A DNA stretch of 64,000 nt. Origin: a virus. The notes below the pieces were generated by a model that saw nothing but the letters and a program-made list of their open reading frames with translations, was not told where the DNA came from and searched no databases. The stretch covers positions 1 through 64,000 of IMG/VR virus record IMGVR_UViG_3300021960_000043; one strand, given 5' to 3'. How positions within the stretch are numbered: position 1 is the first letter of the stretch; the number at the start of each line of letters is the position of its first letter. Position numbers and translations under genes: made by a program. Below, one piece after another: positions 17,537 to 27,364 of this stretch.

Positions 17537-18697
17537 ATGAGAGAGATTGAGATGACAGAACTTTTTTCTACAACAGGGGAGGGTTGGTTTGAAACACATG
17601 TGGGGTGTTCTGCTTCTGATATTGTAAAAAGATTAAGAAAAAATAGAAGAGTCAACAAAAGCCAAAAAAATGACATTGATGATTTAATTGGAGACATTCG
17701 CACAATCAAATCTTTAGAGTTTGATTCAACCATTACAATGCATTCATGGTTAGAAGATTACAAAAATGTAATAAAATCTTTTTCACCTTCAGAAAAAGAC
17801 ATGAAAGCATTAAGAAAGTTTGGTGATTCTAGAAAGGTTACTTTACAAAGAGCATGTATTCAATGGAATCAATCTAATGAAATACTCAAAATGCTTGATG
17901 AGTTTGAAGGAGTGTGGGGTCAAGATGAAAAAGACTCTTGGGTAAAAGCCATGCAACAAAAGAAAGATGCAAAGAAAGTTTGGAAAACCACTTTACATCA
18001 AATGGATAGGTTGAACGAAAAAGATGCAGAGGTCTTGAAAAAAAGCGCATCTATGTTGGAACAAAAAGGTGCTATGACATCTAAAGCAATTTTTCAAACT
18101 TTACATGAAAATAAAGATATTACCAAAAGTATGACTGTGGGAAAATTAGGAAAACTACTAGCCATGTATGGTGAAGAATTAGATATTTTAACAGGTAACA
18201 CACGCTCTACATTTGTAAAAGCAGACAATCATGGTTTGATTCTCAAAGACCCTTTTGCTTACGCTGCTGGATTTTTAGATGCTGATGGTTATATTAGTAT
18301 CACAGGAAGGGGAGAACCAAGAGCAGGTTTCATAGCAACGGGTACTAGAGGGAGAATACATTGTGAACATTTACAAAAAACTTTAGATTGTGGTCGTTTA
18401 CAATTAGACCAAAAAGTGTACAAAGACAGTCAAAGGAGTCAACACCGCTTGCAATTCTATTCTAAAGCAGATATACGAAAGTTACTAACTTCCTTATTAC
18501 CTCATTTGCAAATGAAAAAAACACAAGCCAAAGCGGTGTTAGCCTACATAGAAGAAGATGATAAAATGAGAAAAGAGGAACTTAAAAAACTAGTTAAATA
18601 TAATAATTGGTCTGACGATACATCCAAGTCTGATGCCTTACTCGCTGAGTGGGGAGTACAAGCAGATACTGTTGCTAAATGGGGAGAGGGATTATAA
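17537..18697 (+). CDS. Protein with C-terminal LAGLIDADG homing-endonuclease-like domain
   Basis: YAAGFLDADGYISI motif, then LLPHLQMKKTQA; long helical N-terminal part. Confidence 0.8.
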   Translation: MREIEMTELFSTTGEGWFETHVGCSASDIVKRLRKNRRVNKSQKNDIDDLIGDIRTIKSLEFDSTITMHSWLEDYKNVIKSFSPSEKDMKALRKFGDSRKVTLQRACIQWNQSNEILKMLDEFEGVWGQDEKDSWVKAMQQKKDAKKVWKTTLHQMDRLNEKDAEVLKKSASMLEQKGAMTSKAIFQTLHENKDITKSMTVGKLGKLLAMYGEELDILTGNTRSTFVKADNHGLILKDPFAYAAGFLDADGYISITGRGEPRAGFIATGTRGRIHCEHLQKTLDCGRLQLDQKVYKDSQRSQHRLQFYSKADIRKLLTSLLPHLQMKKTQAKAVLAYIEEDDKMRKEELKKLVKYNNWSDDTSKSDALLAEWGVQADTVAKWGEGL

Positions 18698-20538
18698 TGG
18701 CAGAAGATGATAGTAGGATAAGTCGTTTTCTAACAAATCTCTCAAAACCCTTCCGTAGACGTTCAACTCCTGAACCTACAATGCCCTTGTACACTACAGG
18801 TATACAAGAACCTGTAATGGCGCAAGGAATCACATTACCTGCTCTTTATGCGGTGGCTCAAGAAAATCTAGTTCTTAGAACTATAATATCAAAATTAACA
18901 CAAGAAATGTTCAGAAGAGGATATTATTGGGAAAAGAAGTTTCAATTTTGCTGTGTGTCATGTGGTGAAGAATATAGTGATAGCGTTGACGCTTGTAAGT
19001 TATGTGGCTCTCCTGTGAGAGAACCTGATGTAGAACAAATGCTTTATCCTAAATGGTTGTTAAAACAAGAAAACTCAATGGAACAATCTTTCTTACATAT
19101 ATTATATGAAATAGAAAATGATTTGAATATTGTTGATGATGCGTTTTTGATATTGATAAAAGAATACCATGTAGACCCTGACACTAGTGAAATAGCATTT
19201 TATAGAATCAAAGAAGTAATTCGTGGCGACCCTATTTTTATGCGTATAGTTTCTGATAAAAGAGGTGTAAGAGGTGGTAGGTACAAAGTCTGTGCATTAC
19301 ATCGTGACCAAATTGCATATCCCGGTCAAAATGAAACTTGTGAAGTGTGTGGGAACGAAATGCAAGATGTACACTATGTCAATATGGCAGGTAGTGGTAA
19401 AACTCAATATTATATTGAAGGTGAGGTTATACATCTTAGTAAATATAACCCAAGTAAACTATATGGTAAGTCTCCTGTAAATACTATGTGGAGGCAAGCG
19501 ATGTCTCTTACTGCTATGGATAATTATATCTACACAGCGTATCAAAAGAGAAGGTCGCCAAAAGGTATAATTTCAGTTACCACAGATAATCTTGAATCTA
19601 TGAAGTCTTTTTGGAAATCTGTAGATGAAAAAATGGAACGTGACCCGCATTACATACCTAAAGTTGGTATAGAAAGTTCCACCGGAAGAGGGGGTGTCAA
19701 TTGGGTGAAGTTTATGGACACATTAGATGAGATGCAATATATTGCTGTGAGGGATGAGATTCGTGCTAGAATGTCTGCTTTTTATGGTGTTAGCAATATT
19801 TTCATGATTGATAATGGTAAAAGTGGTGGTTTGAATAATGAAGGTATGCAGATATTAGTAACTAATAGAGCAGTTGAGTTTGGACAAAAAGTTTACACAG
19901 AAGTATTATTCCCTAGAATATTAAAACAATTAAATGTTACAGATTGGAAATTAACTCTTTATCCGAATGAAGAAGAAGATGAAATCACTCGTTTGAGAAG
20001 AGATGAGATGGAAGTTAACCTTGCACAAAGAATGATGATGCTCGGTTATAAACCTGAACTCATGGAAGAAGGAGAAAGAGATATTAGATTTACTTATAAA
20101 AAAATAGACCCACAACAAGAAATGCCGGGTGGACAACCGGGAATGCCACCGGGAATGCCACCGGGAATGCCACCGGGAATGCCACCGGGAATGCCACCGG
20201 GAATGCCACCGGGAATGCCACCGGGAATGCCACCGGGAAAGCCACCGGGAAGGCCACCGGGAATGCCACCGGGAATGCCACCGGGAATGCCACCGGGAAT
20301 GCCACCGGGAATGCCACCGGGAATGCCACCGGGAAGAGGGCCGTTACCACCGGGAATTGTAAATCCGGGCGGTCAAGGAGTTGGAATTAGAAACAGAGGG
20401 CCAGCCTCACCTCAGTCTAGAACAAGCATGGGTGCAGGTTCTCCTATAACTAGTGTACAACAAAGAGGGCCACAACCTACGATAGCCCAACAGAATCAGA
20501 AGAAATTAGGCGATGCAGGGCGTTTGAAAGGGGCATAA
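18697..20538 (+). CDS. Portal protein with two Zn-ribbon insertions and a Pro/Gly-rich tail
   Basis: Lies after TerL; portal-like motifs EVIHL...LYGKSP, PKGII, DEMQY...[10 protein letters not shown]; CxxC pairs. Confidence 0.85.
   Translation: MAEDDSRISRFLTNLSKPFRRRSTPEPTMPLYTTGIQEPVMAQGITLPALYAVAQENLVLRTIISKLTQEMFRRGYYWEKKFQFCCVSCGEEYSDSVDACKLCGSPVREPDVEQMLYPKWLLKQENSMEQSFLHILYEIENDLNIVDDAFLILIKEYHVDPDTSEIAFYRIKEVIRGDPIFMRIVSDKRGVRGGRYKVCALHRDQIAYPGQNETCEVCGNEMQDVHYVNMAGSGKTQYYIEGEVIHLSKYNPSKLYGKSPVNTMWRQAMSLTAMDNYIYTAYQKRRSPKGIISVTTDNLESMKSFWKSVDEKMERDPHYIPKVGIESSTGRGGVNWVKFMDTLDEMQYIAVRDEIRARMSAFYGVSNIFMIDNGKSGGLNNEGMQILVTNRAVEFGQKVYTEVLFPRILKQLNVTDWKLTLYPNEEEDEITRLRRDEMEVNLAQRMMMLGYKPELMEEGERDIRFTYKKIDPQQEMPGGQPGMPPGMPPGMPPGMPPGMPPGMPPGMPPGMPPGKPPGRPPGMPPGMPPGMPPGMPPGMPPGMPPGRGPLPPGIVNPGGQGVGIRNRGPASPQSRTSMGAGSPITSVQQRGPQPTIAQQNQKKLGDAGRLKGA
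20134..20339 (+). repeat. 12-bp tandem repeat (CCACCGGGAATG, about 17 units) encoding PPGM
   Basis: Near-perfect array with two internal variants (PPGK, PPGR). Confidence 0.95.
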
Positions 20539-20580
20539 TTAATTAGTGGGTATATAGTGGGCTACAACAGAGTTGGTATT

Positions 20581-20940
20581 ATGGAACTACGGAAAATGAA
20601 TCCAATGGCAAGAAAACTTACGTTACATGTTGAAAGTCTTAGTAAAAGTTTAGACGATAATGATTCTGCAAGTAGCAGACACCATTTGAATGAAATACTC
20701 AAATATGCAGACTTTATGCAGAATGATTTAACAAGCGAAATCCGTAAAAGCGAAAGTGTAGAAGATTACGCTGGTGTTAATCAATTTGCAGGTGGAGTTC
20801 CTGTTGTGAAATACAATGAAAGAGGAAGTAAGTTTGATACAGGTCAAAGAAGTTCTGTGTTAAAAGGTACAGTAATTCCATCTCGTACTAACACTAACAT
20901 GCGTAGTGTATCAGGTACATTCGGTAGAAGAGTGGAGTGA
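20581..20940 (+). CDS. Hypothetical head-module protein
   Basis: ORF between portal and protease; likely ATG at 20581. Confidence 0.65.
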   Translation: MELRKMNPMARKLTLHVESLSKSLDDNDSASSRHHLNEILKYADFMQNDLTSEIRKSESVEDYAGVNQFAGGVPVVKYNERGSKFDTGQRSSVLKGTVIPSRTNTNMRSVSGTFGRRVE

Positions 20941-21272
20941 GTATAATGAGTGAGAGTGATTCTGACAATGCTCAGAAACTTTTGAATGCTCTCATTAACA
21001 AAATGGAAAGCATGGATGAAAGAATGCAATCTATGGAAAGAGAAATGAACTCTCCACATAAAATCCTTAAGAAAGCAGGTTATGTTACTATGAGAACTCC
21101 AATGACTGAGATTTCACTCACCGATGGTTTTAGAGGTAATTCTATTCCTGAAAATAATCAAATACTTAAATCACCTCAACAAGAATATAGTAATGAAGAG
21201 ATTCACAAAATGTCATGGGAAGAGATTCACGAAATGGCAGAAAACTACGAAGAAAGAAAGGAGTTGTATTAA
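20937..21272 (+). CDS. Mini-scaffold-like protein (coiled coil plus HKMSWEEIH motif)
   Basis: The C-terminal motif is shared with the protease/scaffold C-terminus. Confidence 0.7.
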   Translation: MSIMSESDSDNAQKLLNALINKMESMDERMQSMEREMNSPHKILKKAGYVTMRTPMTEISLTDGFRGNSIPENNQILKSPQQEYSNEEIHKMSWEEIHEMAENYEERKELY

Positions 21273-21755
21273 ATGGTTAGACCAAGATTCACACAAGTAA
21301 GCGATGAAGTTAGTGTTATGTTACAAAAAGCACAAACTATAGCAAATAGATTAGATACTTTAGAAAAGGCAAAGTGTCCTCATTGTGATGGTGATGCTGC
21401 AAGAAGTAAGTGTATTTGTGGTAAAGTTGAGAAAGAAGATAAGTGTCCTTCTTGTGGTATGAAAAAATCTGAATGTTTGAATAAAATGGGTTGCGGTATG
21501 AAAAAATACGGCAGTATGAAAAAAGGTGAGCATCACAAAGCAACAACATTTGACACAAGACCGGGTGGTGTACAATTTATGTCTGAAACAGGCGGTCAAA
21601 CTTACAATGCTCAATATCAAACTAATCAATCATTATTAGATTCAGATGATGTAGCAAATAAAGGTGCTAGAAGATTTAGTGTTAATCTAGATGCTCTTGC
21701 ACCTAACATGAATCCTCATGAGTCAGCCGCAATCGGCCATCTTACTGAGGGATGA
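21273..21755 (+). CDS. Cys-rich head-module protein
   Basis: Coiled coil RLDTLEKA, then CPHC, CIC and CPSC clusters. Confidence 0.7.
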   Translation: MVRPRFTQVSDEVSVMLQKAQTIANRLDTLEKAKCPHCDGDAARSKCICGKVEKEDKCPSCGMKKSECLNKMGCGMKKYGSMKKGEHHKATTFDTRPGGVQFMSETGGQTYNAQYQTNQSLLDSDDVANKGARRFSVNLDALAPNMNPHESAAIGHLTEG

Positions 21756-21910
21756 ATGTGAAAGTTGGTATTGTGAAAGGGGTTTCAACCACCGAACATT
21801 GTCAACTATGCGGAGGTAATACATCCACAGGATGTTTAGCACCTGAAAATCAGGGTGGGAGTTTGCTGTCCTGTTCTATTAGGCAGAACCCCGCAATTGG
21901 AGGGAGGTGA
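21752..21910 (+). CDS. 52-aa Zn-finger-like protein (not in ORF track)
   Basis: MNVKVGIVKGVSTTEHCQLCGGNTSTGCLAPENQGGSLLSCSIRQNPAIGGR; overlaps both neighbours by 4 nt. Confidence 0.6.
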   Translation: MNVKVGIVKGVSTTEHCQLCGGNTSTGCLAPENQGGSLLSCSIRQNPAIGGR

Positions 21911-24900
21911 ATGATTTGGATTCAGACCAAAATATTCATCTTCAAGCAAGAGACAATTTGTTAAAATCTTTCATCTTTGCACAAGAAGATATAGACCATG
22001 AATTGAATGACTATGTTTTATCAGTCATTAATTTGTTCAATAAAGGCATATATGAAGAAAATTACATTGATAGATTTTTCATTGATAAAAGTCTTTTAAT
22101 TTTGAAAGACGAAGATGTTAAAAGACAGATTTTAGATTTAGATAGATTCAAAGAATTAGAAGAAAGTCTACCATTAGATGGAAGAGAACAAGAAAGAAGA
22201 AAGAAACGAGAATCTTTCAAACCTACCTATGAGTATATGTTAAGTGGTAGAAAAACCGGACATAGAGATAGACTTGATTTTGAAAATGAAAAAACGGTAC
22301 AAAGACCAGCAAAAATGTACCCTGCTAAACATAGATGGGCTGGAAAACATGTAGTGTCAGATGATATGATTTCTAGATGGCCTAAAAGTGTAACAGACTC
22401 ATCTAGTTATAGAGACAATCCTTTTTCCAACATTTTACATCCTTTATTAAAAATTAATTCTAAACACGGTTATCCTGAGTTTGTTGAGAAATTAAAAAAT
22501 TATTATTTGTCTAGTGAAGATGACACACCGCTTTCACAACTTCACGGTGAAATAGAAATGAGGCATAACAACTATCACAAAAAAAATGGAGATATGGTGT
22601 TAGACAACAAATATTTAGGTGATTTAAGTGAACATAGTGAAGGACACGGTGCTCTTGAACACACATTATATGAAAGGGCTTATCAAAAATGGATAGAAGA
22701 TAACCGAGTTTCTGTTGATGAAATGATTAAAAATGGCTCTACAGATAAAGATGTTAGAAATAAACATTTTGAAGAGGCTGCTAATAAATGGACTAGTGAC
22801 GACTATCAAGAAGTCGAAGGGAGTAATTTACAAGATAATAGATTATACGCTGATATTCAAAAATTAATTAATAGTGGCGGTTTCAAAGAAAGTGAAAATG
22901 CTAGAGATTATCTTTTAGAATATAAAAATAAAGGTAAATACGGTGAGGGAGAAATTGAACATTATGATAAACAAAAATACCCACTAGGTGTTTTAGAAAA
23001 CCACTCTCATAAATTAGGATGGTTAGGGTATAATTTAGGTTTAGAATGGTTAGAACCTAAAGACAGAAGTAAAGTTATTGAACATTTATTAGAACACCGA
23101 AGTGATGGAAAAGAATCTCACCAATCACATGTTACGTTAAGTGATGGTGTTAAGTTGCCTATGGCTAGATTAAAAAGAAATGCAGCAAAAAGGGCTATGC
23201 CTGAAATGTTGTGGGCTATAGGTAGTCATGATAGAGCATTACCTAACACTAAAGCACATAGAGAAAACAAAGAAGAAATTGGTGACTTTGATACTGATAA
23301 AAGAGTTCATTTCTTTAACACAGGTATGAAAGAAACAATGGTAAAGACAGGTAAAGGGGATGAACAAATATCTCTTAATGAATCTTTACTTAAAAATATA
23401 AATGATAAATTACATAAAAACATGTACGACCAAGAAGATTTTCTTGAAAATCCCGCAGCCGAGCAGGGGATTAAAGATGCTAACTCATTAAGATTTTTAC
23501 CTATAACAGATTATGAAATGCAAGGTGTTAAAGAAAATTATCAAAAAGGGTTGCGTAATGCATTCAAAAATCAAATGTTCACAGATAAAATGGGTCAAAG
23601 ATTACCACTTGCTGAAATGAAAAGGGTAGATGCAAAGATACTTCATGCTGCTCTAAAAACCTTCAATCGAAATGTAAAAAACAGGAGACAAACTTTCCAT
23701 GCTACAAGTAGTATAGAAGATTTGAAAAAACATTATGCTGTAGAAGAAGGTAAACACCCAATTCATGAGTTATTAGGTAATTCACTAGATGGCTCATTGA
23801 TAGATGCAGAACACATTGAAAGTTTAGAAAAAAGATTAGAGCAAGGTTTTAGTGTAGGAGATACACAAAAAAATGTATCAAATCACTTACAACCTTTTAC
23901 TAGAATAAAAGGTCCAACTGAAGAATCAGTAGATAGTGATACTGCAACTCATTTTCATAAAACTAAACACGGTTTAGAAGGATTACAAAACTTTTGGGCG
24001 CATGGTTTTCAAAGAGGTGGATTATCAACTTCTCCTGAAACTTACATGGATTTTTTACATGAAATGACAATAAATCCTGAAGAGCCTAATCAATCACTTT
24101 TTGGAGTGAAAAATGAAAAAAGCGGCATAATAGATTTACATAGTAATATTGCTGGTTTATTCGGTTTAATAAATAGTGAAACTTTACCACCTTATCAAAA
24201 GTTTGCTCACACACCAAAACAAGTCCTATCTATACATGACAGTTCTCAACCTAAAATGAAAAAAAGAATAAGAATGGATATGCCTAGAAATCTAAAAAAT
24301 CATAATATTTCTGAACATAGTAGAACACCGGGTGTATCTCATAAGATTAAAAACTCTGAGATTGGAAAGTTATCACATTTGGGTATTGGCATGGCTGACA
24401 ACGGATTACATAGCAACATAAACCCAACTGCTAGGGTAGGTAGTACACTAGGTTATACTTTTGATACTACTATATCTTCCAATTCATCGGGTATTCTTAG
24501 AGATTCTATATTAAGAGGTATAGGTCATAATCCGGGTGATAAAGACATAGCAACAGGAAGAACAAAATTAGGCTCACCTGTTTCTATGTATGGTCTAGAA
24601 GATTTATTCACAGAAGGAAAAGTTCCTTTACCTAATATTGGTGATAAATCAGACTTTTTGCAATTCATGACTGATAAAAACACATTTGCACGTTCTGAAA
24701 GTGAGCAAATGAAAACACTTAATTTAGACATGGAACAAATAATTGAAGAATTAAATTATTCTGTATTACAAGAAGAAAATAATATGGGTGGTCTTTCAGA
24801 AGTAGAAAAAGAACATCTTACTGATAGATACCAAGAACTTGAAAATCAAAAACTAGAAATCATTAGACAAATGAATAATATTGATGATAGTGATACAGCC

Positions 24901-27321
24901 TTAGGTGTAGAAAATGGAATCATGTTAAGAAATCTAAGAGAGAAAAAATCAGACTTAAACGCTATACATGACATAGCAAGAGAACACATCATACCGGGTA
25001 TGAAAAAAGCAAACCCCGATGCTTTTCCTTTGGATAACCCATCTCAATTTTTAATTGATTCAGCACAAGCGTTACACGATGCTGAGTTATTTGCTTTACA
25101 CTCGGATGGTTCAATACATGGGAAAAATAGTTTAGGTTTGACCCATAATGAAATAGAGACTGATAGTATACAAACTAAATTGGGCCAATCACCACATCGT
25201 GATATGGCTCAAAGTGTTAGAGATAACGGCATAAATCTAGATTTAGAAAGAGAAGATAAAGATGAATATATTAATGAACTTTTTGAAGAACTAAGTATAC
25301 CTCCTTCAAATTACAATAAAAAAATAATAGAAGGAGTGTTACAATCAGGTAAAACACATCTTACTACTATGGGTAATTTATTAGCACAAGAAGAGCATGT
25401 TCCTAACCACGTTAAAGACCACAAAAGTATGATTGAACATTATGAAGAACAACTTAACCAATCTACATACGGTGAGGGTAGAAAAAACCTAGCATTAGAT
25501 AAAAGCCATCTTTTGAATCGTATGCCAGCAAGAAAACATTTGTTGTTAAGTCAAGCAACAAAAGATGAATTAGAACATTGGGGTTTGGATTATCACCAAT
25601 TACCAAGAAATATTTACGGTAATGAATCAAAAGGAACTAGTGTGAAAGATTCAGGTATACCTAGTAAAACTAAAAGATTCATGGATAGTTTAGTTAGTTA
25701 TGATGAGGGTGCATCTCCTGATATAGAAAATACCGAAGATGTAGGTAGAGTAACAAGAGATGAAGTAACTCATGGCTCAGATAAAATTAATTCTGTGCGT
25801 TCTAATGATGGTATAAACCCCTATCTATATTATTCTAGTAGTGCTCAAAAATTACACAATGGAAAAGTAATGTTTCCTCCAAGCACTAGTATGAATATAG
25901 ATAGAGATGGAAATGCACAATGGGGAAATAACACACAGCAGAGTTATATGATACCCGCTTCGGAAGAAGGTTTAGTTGCCATGCATGGAGAAAACACCAT
26001 ATCACAAATACAAGGTTTAGCAAATCAGCAGGGTTTAGACACTATGTATGTTAGTCCTACTAGTAATTTAGATAGAATTAGTCCTGAAAATCCTATAGGT
26101 GAAGCAGTCAACTATGAGACTATAGCCACTAGTTTTGATAAGATAACCAATAGTAGTCTATTGAAAAACTTACCAAAAGAAATGCCATTACTTGACCCTT
26201 ATCACAAAGTTTTCGATTATGAGAATGTGGAAGAGTTGAAAGGATTTACAGGAGATTGGGTTGTTGCTGCTATGGAAGTAGGTCAAAGAGTCAAAGTTAC
26301 TCGTAAGGGTACATTCATAGAAGTCAAGTCTAACGATGGGGATAAAATAGGTTTATCTGATTCTATGCGCACATCTATTAGAAAATTAGGAAGTAAAAAC
26401 TTCATTATGGATGGGGTTCTTAATGATAAAGGAATTACTATGATGGATTTGATGTATTATGATGACACCGATGTAACAGACATGGATGTAAGAGAAAGGA
26501 TGAAATTATTAAGAAGTCAATTTGATAGCCATGAAAATATTTTCATCCCTAGTCCTTCTACTCTAAGAATGACAGACGAAGATGGTTTAGAAGAAGCAAT
26601 AAAATATTTGAGAAGTGAAAATAAAGATTGTAAAATACTTATTAGAGATGCTAAATCAACTTATATGAAAGGGGAAGAAAAACATCCTAAGTGGATTTTA
26701 CTTACTAAATCTGATGATGACTTTCACATACCCTTTACTATGGAGTTAGAAGAAAATGTATTTATTATCAATTATGAACATGATATAGTTAAGTTTGATA
26801 TTGTTGATGAAGAACCTATCAACCCACGGGCCATATTAGGAGAGTTAAACAATAGCGACTATACATTAACTTTAACTAAAAGTTTAGAAAAGTATTGGCG
26901 ACCTGCATTTTACGAAATGGTGAAAGAAGAAAAAGATGAAGATGATACTGAAGATGATGAAGATGATGAAGTTATTTCAGACCGTAGAGCAGAAGTTATG
27001 GAACAAGAAAGTGCTGGAATATTAAAACCTAAGAAAGACCCTAATCTCTTACTCAAACCAAACATGATGAAAAATATTATAGAAATTATTGAAAGAAGCA
27101 TGGATGCTTTAGAAAAAGGGCATTTCCCAATGTCGGGTGGAAAAGGCTTAGGTATTGATGTTGGTAGTGATATAGAAAGTCCTAGAGGGCCGACTAAACT
27201 TACCAATGAGGCTTCTTTACCTGATTGGGATATGAAAGAAAGACCACAACAAGACCCTGAGAAACCTGAAAAGTACCCTAATAGGGAAAAGAAAGCATTG
27301 GAAACAAAAAGAACAGATTGA
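21907..27321 (+). CDS. 1804-aa head-module protein with C-terminal ATP-dependent DNA ligase-like domain (degenerate)
   Basis: At about 26170-26710: WVVAAMEVGQRV, FIMDGVL, MMDLMYYD, RERMKLL, ILIRDAKSTYMKG..HPKWILL follow ligase motifs I, III, IIIa, IV and V. Confidence 0.75.
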   Translation: MNDLDSDQNIHLQARDNLLKSFIFAQEDIDHELNDYVLSVINLFNKGIYEENYIDRFFIDKSLLILKDEDVKRQILDLDRFKELEESLPLDGREQERRKKRESFKPTYEYMLSGRKTGHRDRLDFENEKTVQRPAKMYPAKHRWAGKHVVSDDMISRWPKSVTDSSSYRDNPFSNILHPLLKINSKHGYPEFVEKLKNYYLSSEDDTPLSQLHGEIEMRHNNYHKKNGDMVLDNKYLGDLSEHSEGHGALEHTLYERAYQKWIEDNRVSVDEMIKNGSTDKDVRNKHFEEAANKWTSDDYQEVEGSNLQDNRLYADIQKLINSGGFKESENARDYLLEYKNKGKYGEGEIEHYDKQKYPLGVLENHSHKLGWLGYNLGLEWLEPKDRSKVIEHLLEHRSDGKESHQSHVTLSDGVKLPMARLKRNAAKRAMPEMLWAIGSHDRALPNTKAHRENKEEIGDFDTDKRVHFFNTGMKETMVKTGKGDEQISLNESLLKNINDKLHKNMYDQEDFLENPAAEQGIKDANSLRFLPITDYEMQGVKENYQKGLRNAFKNQMFTDKMGQRLPLAEMKRVDAKILHAALKTFNRNVKNRRQTFHATSSIEDLKKHYAVEEGKHPIHELLGNSLDGSLIDAEHIESLEKRLEQGFSVGDTQKNVSNHLQPFTRIKGPTEESVDSDTATHFHKTKHGLEGLQNFWAHGFQRGGLSTSPETYMDFLHEMTINPEEPNQSLFGVKNEKSGIIDLHSNIAGLFGLINSETLPPYQKFAHTPKQVLSIHDSSQPKMKKRIRMDMPRNLKNHNISEHSRTPGVSHKIKNSEIGKLSHLGIGMADNGLHSNINPTARVGSTLGYTFDTTISSNSSGILRDSILRGIGHNPGDKDIATGRTKLGSPVSMYGLEDLFTEGKVPLPNIGDKSDFLQFMTDKNTFARSESEQMKTLNLDMEQIIEELNYSVLQEENNMGGLSEVEKEHLTDRYQELENQKLEIIRQMNNIDDSDTALGVENGIMLRNLREKKSDLNAIHDIAREHIIPGMKKANPDAFPLDNPSQFLIDSAQALHDAELFALHSDGSIHGKNSLGLTHNEIETDSIQTKLGQSPHRDMAQSVRDNGINLDLEREDKDEYINELFEELSIPPSNYNKKIIEGVLQSGKTHLTTMGNLLAQEEHVPNHVKDHKSMIEHYEEQLNQSTYGEGRKNLALDKSHLLNRMPARKHLLLSQATKDELEHWGLDYHQLPRNIYGNESKGTSVKDSGIPSKTKRFMDSLVSYDEGASPDIENTEDVGRVTRDEVTHGSDKINSVRSNDGINPYLYYSSSAQKLHNGKVMFPPSTSMNIDRDGNAQWGNNTQQSYMIPASEEGLVAMHGENTISQIQGLANQQGLDTMYVSPTSNLDRISPENPIGEAVNYETIATSFDKITNSSLLKNLPKEMPLLDPYHKVFDYENVEELKGFTGDWVVAAMEVGQRVKVTRKGTFIEVKSNDGDKIGLSDSMRTSIRKLGSKNFIMDGVLNDKGITMMDLMYYDDTDVTDMDVRERMKLLRSQFDSHENIFIPSPSTLRMTDEDGLEEAIKYLRSENKDCKILIRDAKSTYMKGEEKHPKWILLTKSDDDFHIPFTMELEENVFIINYEHDIVKFDIVDEEPINPRAILGELNNSDYTLTLTKSLEKYWRPAFYEMVKEEKDEDDTEDDEDDEVISDRRAEVMEQESAGILKPKKDPNLLLKPNMMKNIIEIIERSMDALEKGHFPMSGGKGLGIDVGSDIESPRGPTKLTNEASLPDWDMKERPQQDPEKPEKYPNREKKALETKRTD

Positions 27322-27364
27322 TTTCCGCTTCATTCATATAGTATTGCATTATACATTATGGTGT

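Noticed and set aside
17537-18697. Intein or group I intron in terL or portal
   Set aside because: Both flanking genes look complete; no intein Cys/His-Asn ends or split ORF.
20090-20362. ORFs with RECH or VAFP repeats; possible CRISPR-like array
   Set aside because: These are alternative frames of the portal's 12-bp PPGM minisatellite; there are no unique spacers.
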